A stretch of DNA of 64,000 nucleotides, taken from contig CDROCS010001514.1 in assembly GCA_977020255.1 (NCBI GenBank), forward strand, positions 434,001 through 498,000, written 5' to 3'. This document shows, piece after piece, positions 1 to 10,096 of this stretch (its first letter is position 1; each line of letters starts with the position of its first letter). The position numbers and the translations under genes are program-made. This DNA comes from Obrimoposthia wandeli (Eukaryota). The notes below the pieces were generated by a model that saw nothing but the letters and a program-made list of their open reading frames with translations, searched no databases and had not been told where the DNA came from.

Positions 1-2411
1 TCTACTACGGCGGCAAATCCCCCTCTCGCACTAGTGCCTACATCGATGTTCGCATGTCTTAGAGGTAATATTTAAAATAAATAAAATATATTTAATATTT
101 TTAATATTTTTCATTCAGCAGATGCATCATCAGTCTTCACAACATTCGCAACCCGATCTTCTGCGATTGCAATGCCACATTCATCGATGGTGGCACCAGG
201 GTCGACTTTGACCGACTTAAAAGGTTAATTATAAATTATATAATATATTTATTGATAATTTTCTAAAAAGCTACATCTTCAACGACATTGTCGTCAGCAT
301 CATCAGCTACTGAATTCGGGGTGGATTCAGCCACTTCTCGTTCCATGGCTTATCCATTACACATCAGCTGCTGTAGCCTGAATTTCAAAATCACCATTAA
401 CATCAGCCAATGAAGCTTCAGCTTCAGCAGCACCGCAGAAAACATTAGCTAGACTCTTGTATACAAATAGTCGACTTGTTGTTTAATTTGGGGGAGGTTT
501 GTCGGAGATGATAAATAGAAAGAGGCGAGGCCAATTTCTTAATAAGGCCCCACCAAGTAAAACGTAGGGAAAACGGTCCATTAAAGTTTTTTAAACGTAG
601 ATATAAATTCAAATATCGAAAATATTTTAAAATCAGAAGTGACTAAATTAGGACAGGCTAAGGTTCAGTTTTGTGCAACAGTGCAGTTAAGGAATGCCAA
701 TGAGGAAACTAAAACTTGGGTAATTTCACATAAAGCTACTGTTTTCTACGATAATTTTGAAATTTAAATTTGAAAGAAATTGAGATGAAAAAATTACTAA
801 TTATAGCGAATTAAGTAGTGGATGGACTTTAATTAGAGTTCACTGATACGATTTGTCTTTCAGAGAGTTCATACATTCCTTCGCATAGATCTCCTCAACT
901 CTCACGTTCCATTGTTAACGTACAAAACAGTAATAACCTTTGCTTCCTCTAAAGCGTGTTGCCATCCTCATAAGAGATGTAATTATTGAGCACAGAGAGC
1001 GTGTCAGTAAGTATACCAATTTTTTAAATGAATTGCAGTATCATAGAATAGATATTCTTGTTAAATTAACTGCCATATCAATATTTAAACACATTAATAA
1101 CTTGAGTATTAATGTATTCAAATATAATAACGATATCCTAGTTAATGTAATAGTGGAATACATTTTTTAAAATCCTTTTGTTGATGTAATTTATAGAATC
1201 AAAAATGAGGGGACTCCGGTCAACTTAATTTTGCTCGAACACAATAAAAAATTCCACCATGAAGCAATTCCTAATTTAGATTCTTCTAAATTTAAATAAT
1301 GGAGCCTTACCGGTTAGGATAAGTTGTAAATGGTGTCATATATGTTTGTATGGATTCCTATCCGAGCTGTCTTACAGCAAACACTTGACATTATGTACAC
1401 TGAATCCTGATGACAATACGCTATATAGCATGCTTAAGAAAAAGGAAATGAATGGCAAAATGAAAGGCAAAATGCATAACCGTTGAATTCAGGATGTATG
1501 CTGATTTTAAATTAATTCTAACATTACACGACCAGTATGAGAGTATTCATCTACCAGCTTCCGCAGGACTACTATTTTTAGACCCCACAGCAATTAAAGC
1601 TTTTTAATATTAATGTCGATTTACTGAAAGGTCTCACGATATTTCAAATGTATGATTTTGGTATTGCAAAAAATCAATCCACCGATATTATGTACATCGG
1701 CATTAATAATTAGTATTGGTGGCGCTTACTCAACTTCTACAACCTTTCAACTTTAAGTGTGTGTATGATATGGAAGAGTTGAATAAGTTGATAACAGATT
1801 TGACTAATGTTGATACAATTTCATCAAATGTCAGCTATTTGGTTGAGGTCGATTTAACAATCCAATGTGCATGATAAGTTGAATAATATTCCAGTGGTTT
1901 CTGTTCATCAATGTCCACCTAATTCAAAGGTTAAGAAATTATTGTTAACTCATGAAGACAAGTTGAATTATGTGGTACATTGGCGGCTTCTTCAATTATA
2001 CTTAAAGTTGGAAGCAAAAGTCACTTGAATTCATCGCGCTATAAGCTTTAGTGAAAATATTTTGTTTAAAGACTATAATGAGAAGAATTCTAGAAAACGT
2101 AATTTGGCCACTAGCAAATTCAATCGTGATTTTTACAAGTTAAAAAGTAACAGTATCTTTGGAAAAACTCTAGAGAACTTGTGGATGCGTATTTGTCTAC
2201 GGATTTGCAATGATGGGTGTAAACTAATAACATATACTAGCAAGTACAACTTCAAGCGTAGTTTTACAATTGCAGATGACTTGGTAGCAGTGTTATTAGG
2301 AAAACAGAGTATTTGACTTGATCGACCGATTTATGTAGGTCAAACGGTTTTAGACATTTCCAAACTGAGATCTTACGAGATTCAATATATAGAATTAGAG
2401 AAATATCGACA
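1..2411 (+). pseudogene. POLB: PolB pseudogene of outer Maverick (5' spliced region, N-terminal domains, polymerase motifs A-B; central and C-terminal parts deleted)
   Basis: Homologous to inner 13800-10615 (e.g. KLKSNSIFGK; about 90% nt identity in a ~120-nt sample); many stops and frameshifts; explains track ORFs 940-1170 and 2062-2316. Confidence 0.9.
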
Positions 2412-2539
2412 AAATTTGTCTTGAATCTTTTATTATTGTTCATAGTTTGCCCTTGTATTTTAATCTTGTAGGGTTTTTAAAAATAATTCAAAATAAAACA
2501 TTTTTTTAAATATTTATTATTATAACACATTAACTGTTT

Positions 2540-2860
2540 TACAACGATAACCATAAAATACACAATCATCTACAGTTTCCCGTTGTTGGATCCTGGTTTT
2601 GTATCTTGTAGTAAAATACTCTTATTCGTCCTTTTTGAACAGTCAAAACAAGCTTGTGTGGATAATACGTTGAAAGTGGATCGAATACATGTATTGTCCA
2701 CTCTCTAACATAAATAACTATCCAATGTTCTCCTGGTAAATTTGAAGTATGAGTATTGATAATGTAACCTCCAGGTTGGAAAAACAGAATCATATCAATA
2801 GACAAACTCCATTGAATTTATCACCCAATACCTTATCTCATGATTCCTGTACTTGTACTA
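2540..2860 (-). pseudogene. PRO: Adenain protease pseudogene of outer Maverick
   Basis: NTHTSNLPGEHW...VFDPL...QDPTTGNCR*; inverted copy of 9490-9820. Confidence 0.88.
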
Positions 2861-2913
2861 AACTAAATTAAAATTATTAAATATTTATTAATTAAAAAGA
2901 AACTTACTTCATT

Positions 2914-3008
2914 AGTAGGTAGATGTGTCCGGTCTAATCCACACCCCCCCTCCCCCTTGTCCTTTAAAACCGTGTAGGTGTGTGGAGTGAAATTTCGTGT
3001 ATGTGTGT
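2914..3008. repeat. Left terminal inverted repeat of inner Maverick
   Basis: AGTAGGTAGATGTGTCCGGTCTAATCCACACCCCCCCTCCCC... is the reverse complement of 14029-14124 with a handful of mismatches. Confidence 0.95.
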
Positions 3009-3276
3009 CTCCATTCCACCCAAAGGGGGGAAGGAAGGGGTACCCCCCCAACATATTTGTTAAACTTTTACCATGAATCTCAAAATTGGTTAGAGAAGAC
3101 CACGAGAATCCATATTGACCCCGGCGGCTTTTCGCAGACGAGATTTCAAATATTACTACTATTTTTAAGAAAGATTTTAGATTAATAAATTACTACATGT
3201 TAAATATCTATGTCAGTTTTAGAATTTAGAGGAGCAAAAACAAAATACATGACAAAATTATTTTTCAAAATATTTA

Positions 3277-3672
3277 TTAAACATAAAACAACATATTGGC
3301 TTCACTCAAAGTCCAGAGAGGCTGCATTTTCCCGTCATCAGCAAAATATCCATTCAGACGTATTGAGATATTCCATAGTTCTTCATCTAGAATTGGAGCA
3401 ATCAAATATCCTAGATCATCCAGACAGGGATCAGTTTCAAGCTGGAAACAATTTCCTTCATATACATAATCAGGAATGTAAAATCCCAAAATATTTTTCA
3501 GTTGATCAAAATCAGTTGTTGTTAAAATTTCGATGAGATATTTTTTCTCCACTTTTGATATTTTCACAGGATTCATAACTCGTATAATTTGATGCCTCTT
3601 TAATATATTACATAGTTTTCCTTTTGAAATTCTTTCAGGATAATAAAAATTTCCTACACATCTCTTATCCAT
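3277..3672 (-). CDS. Unknown Maverick protein A (131 aa from MDKR), possible OB-fold/SSB-like
   Basis: Open frame; TATAAACAT 37 nt upstream of the ATG; AATAAA at the stop; paralogous to 3806-4213. Confidence 0.7.
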   Translation of the reverse strand: MDKRCVGNFYYPERISKGKLCNILKRHQIIRVMNPVKISKVEKKYLIEILTTTDFDQLKNILGFYIPDYVYEGNCFQLETDPCLDDLGYLIAPILDEELWNISIRLNGYFADDGKMQPLWTLSEANMLFYV

Positions 3673-3805
3673 TCTAAAATAAGGAAACTGATTAAAAACA
3701 ATGTTTATAAAAAATACACATAAGATACAAATAAGATACAAATAAAACTGATTATTAAATGAAAGAAACATAGTAAAACCGATTACAATTTATTACACAC
3801 AAAAG

Positions 3806-4213
3806 TTAAAACATAGAAATATGAGCACGTTCAATTTTCCACATAGGCAACTTTGTTCCCATTTCATCTTTCTTGTAACCATAAAGTCGAATTGTTACAG
3901 TCCATTGCTTCTTTTTCGGAAACGCATCAATATCAACATATCTTCCATAGTCATCTAGAAATGCTTCATCGGCTCCTCGGATATAAAATTCGTTCTTATT
4001 GAAAGTAAAATTCGGAACTGCCTTTTCTATTTTCTGTTTAAGATATTGAAAATCAGGTTTTTGAATACCTGATAGATAGTAGCTGAACTTTCTTCTTTAA
4101 ATTGTCACAGGATTTACTAAAGCAATCAGTTGAACCTTCTTCAAGAATCTGACTTTGTATTTGAAATATTGTTTCACTTCTTCATACATATCCTTATCCG
4201 ATTCTTCAAACAT
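3806..4213 (-). pseudogene. Unknown Maverick protein B, paralog of A; one in-frame TAA at 4097-4099 (absent from the ORF track)
   Basis: Manual translation MFEESDKDMYEEVKQYFKYKVRFLKKVQLIALVNPVTI*RRKF...LDDYG...WTVTIRLYGY...PMWKIERAHISMF*. Confidence 0.7.
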
Positions 4214-4256
4214 TTCTATATCTTCGTCAATGCTTGGGTTCAATTTACCATTTTGA

Positions 4257-4568
4257 ATTCAAATCACTGCAATACAATCAATCACGATTTCGGCTAATCT
4301 CGGGAAACAGATAAATCTTTTTAAAACTGCAGAGAAAATGAAAGAAGAATGCATATTTGAACCAGAAATTTTTCCTGCTCTCAGTTATTTGAAGTTTAAA
4401 CCGCTATGTGTAAATATATTTTCCAGTGGTAAAGTTATGATATTGGGATTGAAAAATTTTGATTATCCAGACATAGTTGATTTGATTTTAGAAAATATAT
4501 CTTATTACATCTTGTTATCTTTTTTCTATAAACAAACCCCGTTTAAACTTATTGTTTCAAATGAATAA
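4257..4568 (+). CDS. Single-repeat TATA-binding-protein-like protein (start uncertain; first in-frame ATG at 4338)
   Basis: IQSITISANLGKQINL...IFEPEIFPALSY...VNIFSSGKVMILGLK...ILENI matches the TBP repeat (QNIVSTVNLG / YEPELFPGLIY / IFxSGKVVxTGAK / FENI); only one repeat present. Confidence 0.8.
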   Translation: MQITAIQSITISANLGKQINLFKTAEKMKEECIFEPEIFPALSYLKFKPLCVNIFSSGKVMILGLKNFDYPDIVDLILENISYYILLSFFYKQTPFKLIVSNE

Positions 4569-4833
4569 TACTATAAATAGAGACAATGAAGTGGATCGGC
4601 TTGCCGATGAAATATTTTCTGGAAAAATTAGGGGTAAAGAAATTTTATCAGAATTAAAAAATAATGATATAACAAGAGATAACATTGAAATATTGGTTAG
4701 ATCACACGTTATTCGAGAATTTAGAAATCGTACACAAATAAATAAAATTATAGCCAAATATTCATTAATTAATTTTTGTATTTCATCTACAATAGCTCTA
4801 ACATTGTACATTTCAATAAGGAAATTTCTATGA
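4561..4833 (+). CDS. Small unknown protein with C-terminal hydrophobic (putative TM) segment
   Basis: 90-aa ORF ending YSLINFCISSTIALTLYISIRKFL; TATAAACAAA 34 nt upstream of the ATG. Confidence 0.55.
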   Translation: MNNTINRDNEVDRLADEIFSGKIRGKEILSELKNNDITRDNIEILVRSHVIREFRNRTQINKIIAKYSLINFCISSTIALTLYISIRKFL

Positions 4834-4870
4834 TAATAATAACAATATTAAAAATGAAAGAGTATATGCA

Positions 4871-5179
4871 ATGGAGCTAAATAATAATGCTGTATTTCAA
4901 ATAGTTGGTCCCAGTGGAAGTGGAAAGACACATTTCGTATGTAAATTGTTGCAAAATGAATATTTTTTCAAATCTAGTTTCAAAAATATTTATTGGCATC
5001 ATGGTGGAGGAGGGGAAAGCGGGTTAACCAAAACAGAAGTTTGCAAATTGAAGGGTATAAAATTTATTGAAGGATTTGATGCAAATTGGTGTGAAAGATT
5101 GAAAAAAGAAGATGTAATAATAATTGATGATTTGTATGAGGAGGCTAACAAGGAATCGGAGAACAATTATAAAAAATAA
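4871..5179 (+). pseudogene. ATP: FtsK/A32-like packaging ATPase, 3' truncated
   Basis: Walker A IVGPSGSGKT and Walker B IIIDDL present; the sequence runs straight into the next gene, so the C-terminal half is missing. Confidence 0.88.
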
Positions 5180-5186
5180 ATTCGCA

Positions 5187-5327
5187 ATGCCTTTTACAAA
5201 GTTGATAGTAAAACGTAAAGTAAAATCTAAGAAATCAAAAAAAAGAATCATTAAGAAAAAAGAAGTGAAAAAATTAATCAAATCTGTAGTTAAAAATAAA
5301 AAAAAACTTAAATGGCTTCGAATATAA
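5187..5327 (+). CDS. Very basic 46-aa peptide, putative DNA-condensing core protein
   Basis: MPFTKLIVKRKVKSKKSKKRIIKKKEVKKLIKSVVKNKKKLKWLRI; lies among the virion genes. Confidence 0.5.
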   Translation: MPFTKLIVKRKVKSKKSKKRIIKKKEVKKLIKSVVKNKKKLKWLRI

Positions 5328-5358
5328 ACAATATTTAAATTGAACCTTTTTTATTAAA

Positions 5359-5688
5359 ATGAAGAAAATACAAAGAAGCATACCATATTTTAAAGCTTTA
5401 GTCAAAGCCTCTTCTAATAAGAGAATGATTATTTTTAAAGCATTTCCATCCTTTGTTGTAGATGATTTATTGGAAGTTTTATATAATATAGTTTTGGGTC
5501 GAGTAAAAGTTGGAAATCGGAAAAATATATTAAAGAAATATAGAAAAACTCTTCTAGATATTGCTAATGTAAAAAGTAAAAAAAGGAAACGAAATATTAT
5601 TCTTAAACAGAATGGTGGTTTCATAGGGGCTGTTATTCCAGTTGTTGCTTCAATTATCAGTAGTATTATAGCTGCGACACGTTCATAA
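5359..5688 (+). CDS. Small basic virion-type protein with QNGG motif and C-terminal amphipathic helix (pX-like class of Polintons/adintoviruses)
   Basis: ...KQNGGFIGAVIPVVASIISSII; homolog also in the outer copy (15340-15503). Confidence 0.75.
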   Translation: MKKIQRSIPYFKALVKASSNKRMIIFKAFPSFVVDDLLEVLYNIVLGRVKVGNRKNILKKYRKTLLDIANVKSKKRKRNIILKQNGGFIGAVIPVVASIISSIIAATRS

Positions 5689-5774
5689 ACAATTATTTCT
5701 AAAATCAGCTAAAGATATGGGTGCTAGACCTTCTTTACCTAAACTTAAATTTTCTTTCTATTCAAATTGTTGTA

Positions 5775-6803
5775 ATGGAGAAGATATGGTTCAATCCAAA
5801 AGATCCAATTGGCTACACAGGAGTTTCAAAATTAGCAAAAAAGAACAAAACAAAATTACAAGAAAACGCAGAAATGGCTGAGCGACCAGTTAGCCTACAG
5901 TCTGAACAAGCCGATGAGAAGAAGGTTTCCAACTAGAGCTTACAAAACCAGCGGTCCTAATAATTTATGGCAAATGGATTTGATGGAGATGATTCCATAT
6001 TCTTCCATTAATAAGGGATATCGATATATTTTAACATGTATTGATGTCTTTAGCAGGTTTGCTCGTGCAATTCCAGTTAAAACAAAGTCTTCAATAGCTA
6101 TGCTTGAAGCCATTAAAGAAATATTAAAAGAGGACATTCCACAAAATGTGCAAACTGATTTAGGAAAAGAATTTTATAATAAGCAAGTTCAATCATTATT
6201 TAAACAAAATAATATAAATCATTACTCTGTGTTTTCACAATACAAAGCAGCAGTAGTAGAAAGATTTAATCGTACTCTAAGAGATCGAATAAAAAAGTAT
6301 TTCACAAAAGAAGGAAATAAAAAATGGATCCAAGTTTTACCTAAAATAATACATGCATATAATCACTCTGAACATAGAGGTCTCAAGGGAATGAGACCTG
6401 TTGATGTTACTAATAAAAACTCTATGGACATTTGGATGAACAGGAATAAAAAAGATAAAATTAAAAAAGCTAAATATAAGAAAAACGAATATGTTCGAAT
6501 TTCGAAATTAGCTCTACTCCATTTATTAAAAACTTTGATCAGAATTGGAGCGATGAAATATTTTGTATAAGTAAAATTGATCAAAAGAGTAATCCAATAA
6601 TGTATACTATTAAAGATGCTGACAATAATATCGTTCACGGTAAATTTTACGAGCAAGAACTACAAGTAATATCAAATAAACCTAGCCTTTTCCGTATTCA
6701 AAAAATATTAAAATCTAAGGGTACAGGTAAACATAAACAATACTTTGTTAAATGGCATGGTTATTCAGACCCAACTTGGATATCAGCATCTAATATAATA
6801 TGA
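5775..6803 (+). pseudogene. INT: Retroviral-like (rve) integrase with C-terminal chromodomain; two single-base frameshifts
   Basis: DDE intact (WQMDL, QTDLGKEF, VERFNRT); chromodomain FRIQKIL...YFVKWHGY...TW; frames join across A-runs at 5837-5842 and 6505-6507. Confidence 0.93.
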
Positions 6804-7857
6804 AGTCTATGTATATGGTTTTACCTAGTAACGGATGCCCGAAGACTCAATCAGATAATGTAGCTAGGAGCTTTATTATCGATTGGGAAAATCCTATAAA
6901 TCTCCAAGGAGAATGGGAAGCGGCTTTAACAGAATTTTATTTTTATTATTCTCCAATTACTATTAGAAAAATCATACATATTTCGTTTACAAAAGAATTT
7001 AATCATGAAAAACAACTGAAGCTGTGATAGGGTTTGATAGTAAAGGACAATTCTATTACAATTGTATAGATAAAGAAGTGAAAGTAATATTTGAAAATAA
7101 CAAAGTCAGATTTAAAAATCGATTAAAATTTCTTCAAGTTATTAAAATTAATTTTGAATCTAAAAAAGAAGCTCTTCAATTCAGTTTTGATAGTGAACAA
7201 ACAGTAGCTCGTAATAAACGGGATATTATCTCATCTAATTCGGTTAGAAATGTTCCTGGTAGAGTAGCAAAAGTGTTGTTACTTGAAACGAGAACAAAGA
7301 CTGTAGTGGAACTGAAAACGTTTTCAAAAGATTATAAAATAGATAGTGAAGTGAATTTCTGTAAATTAATACAGAAGGAATGTAGTGAATATTTGGATAA
7401 ATGTGAAACATTAAATGGTAAATTAACGTTTACAGTAAAGAGCAATATAAAACGAGTTTCATTTGATGATAAACTCGCTAAAAACCTTGGTTTAAACAGA
7501 AATATCTTTGAAACCCATACAATAAAAACCATAAAAGCTAAAAATAAGGCAAAACTTTTAAATGCTGTTAATCATTTATATATTTATACTAATTTAATAG
7601 AACCAATGCTTGTAGGAGGACAGCGAGTTCCACTTTTGAGAACAATATGGATATCTAAAAATGAAACTAGAGATGGGGACACTGTCGGTATGTGTATAGA
7701 TCAACCAATGTATCTTCCAATTTCTCTCTTTTCTATAAACAATATTGAAGTAAATATTAGAGATGATTCCGGACAACTAATAGATTTCAAGTTAGGGGCC
7801 AAGACAAGTTTAACAATACATTTAAGAAAACAAAATGGCGAATCCAGCAATAATTGA
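6800..7857 (+). pseudogene. mCP: Minor capsid (penton-like) protein; one frameshift at A-run 7008-7012
   Basis: N-terminal YMVLPSN...LQGEWEAAL and C-terminal YIYTNLIEPMLVGGQRVPLLR...IEVNIRDDSG motifs typical of Polinton mCP. Confidence 0.85.
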
Positions 7858-8212
7858 AGCTTATAGTCAAAGCCAACAAGGTGGAGAATTACCATATTTT
7901 GTTGGTAAACAATACGGATCTGACTGGCTTAGAACATTAGGTAGATTTGCCTTTCCTCTTTTAAAGAGACTCGGGCGATTTATATCAAAATTAGGAAAGG
8001 ATTACCTTTCATCTAATGACAATAAACTAATACCAACTTTTAAGAAGCATGCGCTTGATGAACTTAATAATGTTTTACCTGAAGTTGCTAATTTGATTAG
8101 AAAACGTAAATCAAATAAAAGCCAAGGAGGTAGTGGATTTAAAAGTAAAAAGAAGCTAAAAATTAATATAAACAAACGTAAGAAAGTTGAAGGAACAATA
8201 TTTTCAAAATGA
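7835..8212 (+). CDS. Putative virion core protein with QxGG/QxGxG motifs and basic C-terminus
   Basis: SQQGGELPYFVGKQYGS...SQGGSGF...KKRK; position between mCP and MCP. Confidence 0.75.
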   Translation: MANPAIIEAYSQSQQGGELPYFVGKQYGSDWLRTLGRFAFPLLKRLGRFISKLGKDYLSSNDNKLIPTFKKHALDELNNVLPEVANLIRKRKSNKSQGGSGFKSKKKLKININKRKKVEGTIFSK

Positions 8213-9438
8213 GTTGCGCCAAAACTGAATTATGTATTTTTGATAAACCGCTTCCACAAGTAGTTGTAGATAATGCTTCCTTTGAAGAAATATTCCTTGT
8301 TAACTCAGTTTCAGGAACCACTTTAACCGATTTAGAATTTAATATTAATGGTTCCAATAGCGAGTATTTAGGTTTGAATGATACTTTGCTTTATGTTCAA
8401 ATAAAAGTATTAAATCGGGATGGTACTAATTTAGATGAAAATTCCGATGTAACACCTGTAAATTATCTATTTAATTCTTTATTTAATGATGCCATTGTTA
8501 CTCTTAATAATGTCAAAATTGAAGGTGGAAATTCTTCCTATGCTCATAAAGCTTTGGTTGAAAGTCTTTTGAATTAAAGTACTGATACTCAAAATACTAA
8601 TTTGGCAACCATTGGTTATGATAAAACTGTTGCAACTCGCAAAGAATGGATTGCAGGTTCTAAAGCTTACGAAATGTGTGGGTCTTTGAGATTGAATTTC
8701 TTTAAACAACCGAAATATTTAATTCCCGGTGTTAATGTACATCTTCGTTTGAAACATAATAAATGGAATTTTTCTTTGATAAGCACAGACATTCTAAAAC
8801 CTAGACTTGATATTTTGGATGCAAAATTATATGTCCAAAGAGTTAAAACTGAGCAATCAGTTTTAATGGCTCATAATATAGGAATGGAAAAAAACAATGC
8901 TTGTTATCCTATTAGAGAAACTAAACTTATATCTTATTCTTTAGGTACGGGTACACAAGCTTTTAATAAAGATCAAATTTTTGGTGATGTAAGATTACCG
9001 AAATTCATTTTAATTTCCTTTCAAAAAACTGCAAAGTTTCTAGGAAATTATACGACAGATGCAATTCAATTTGACAATCTTAATGTTGGTTCAGTGACAC
9101 TTTCAAGAAATACTGATTATCGTGAAACATATTAAACATATTTCGAAGGTAACGCTTATGCTTTGGCTTATACCCAATCTATTATTCGAAATTTGGGTCA
9201 ACTAGATAAAAATATAAACAATGGTATTTATTTCACTGACTTTAAAAACAGCTGCCCGTTCTTCACATTTGTTTTGGCACCAGACTTTGATATAAACCAA
9301 TGCCAACTACCAAAGGATGGAAATTTACGACTAGAAATTAAGTTCAATGCAGCTTTAACAAATCCTACTACGGTGCTTATTTACGGAGTATTTGATTCGG
9401 AAATACAAATCAATAAAAACAGAACTGTCATATTATAG
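8209..9438 (+). pseudogene. MCP: Major capsid protein (double jelly-roll, hexon-like); two in-frame TAA stops (8575-8577, 9133-9135)
   Basis: Track ORFs 8209, 8602 and 9163 share one frame (~409 codons); motifs KTELCIFD...LEFNI...YLGLNDTLLYVQIKV and GNLRLEIKFNAAL...LIYGVFD. Confidence 0.9.
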
Positions 9439-9491
9439 AATAGAGTAAGACATATTTTAAATTTATATTTATTAATTTTTATTTAGTTCAA

Positions 9492-9820
9492 AATAAGTAA
9501 AAGAATCAGCAGAGAAGGTCCTGGGGAATAAATTCAATGGAGTTTATCCTATTGATATGATTCCATTTTTTCAATCTGGAGGTTACATTATCAATACTCA
9601 TACTTCGAATTTACCAGGAGAACATTGGATAGCTATTTATGTTAGAGAGTGGACAATACATGTATTTAATCCACTTGCAATGTATTATCCACACAAACTT
9701 GTTTCAACTATTCAAAAAGGACGAAGAAGAGTATTTTACAACAAGATACAATATCAGGATCCTGCGACGAGAAACTGTGGACATTTATGTATTTTATGGT
9801 TATCGTTGCAAAACGATTAG
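9492..9820 (+). CDS. PRO: Adenain-like cysteine protease (5' end uncertain; catalytic Asp appears mutated to Asn)
   Basis: FNGVYPID, INTHTSNLPGEHW, FNPL (FDPL in outer copy), QYQ...NCGHLC. Confidence 0.85.
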
Positions 9821-10096
9821 TGTGTTATAAAAATAAAAATTTTAAATGTTTTATTTTGAATTATTTTTTAAATCTCTAAAAATTTAAGGGTAAAATAATA
9901 AAAGACATAAGACAATTTTTTTTTAATACATTTATTAATCACAACATCACAATGAGATATATCAGCAAAGATAAGGCATAATAAATAAGGTCCATCCTAA
10001 AAAAGTATTGAAATAACAAATAAGTTAGAGTCTAGGTGCCATAGGGATCTAAAATTTTAAAAAACTAAACTAAAAAAATCAAAAAATGAAAACCGT

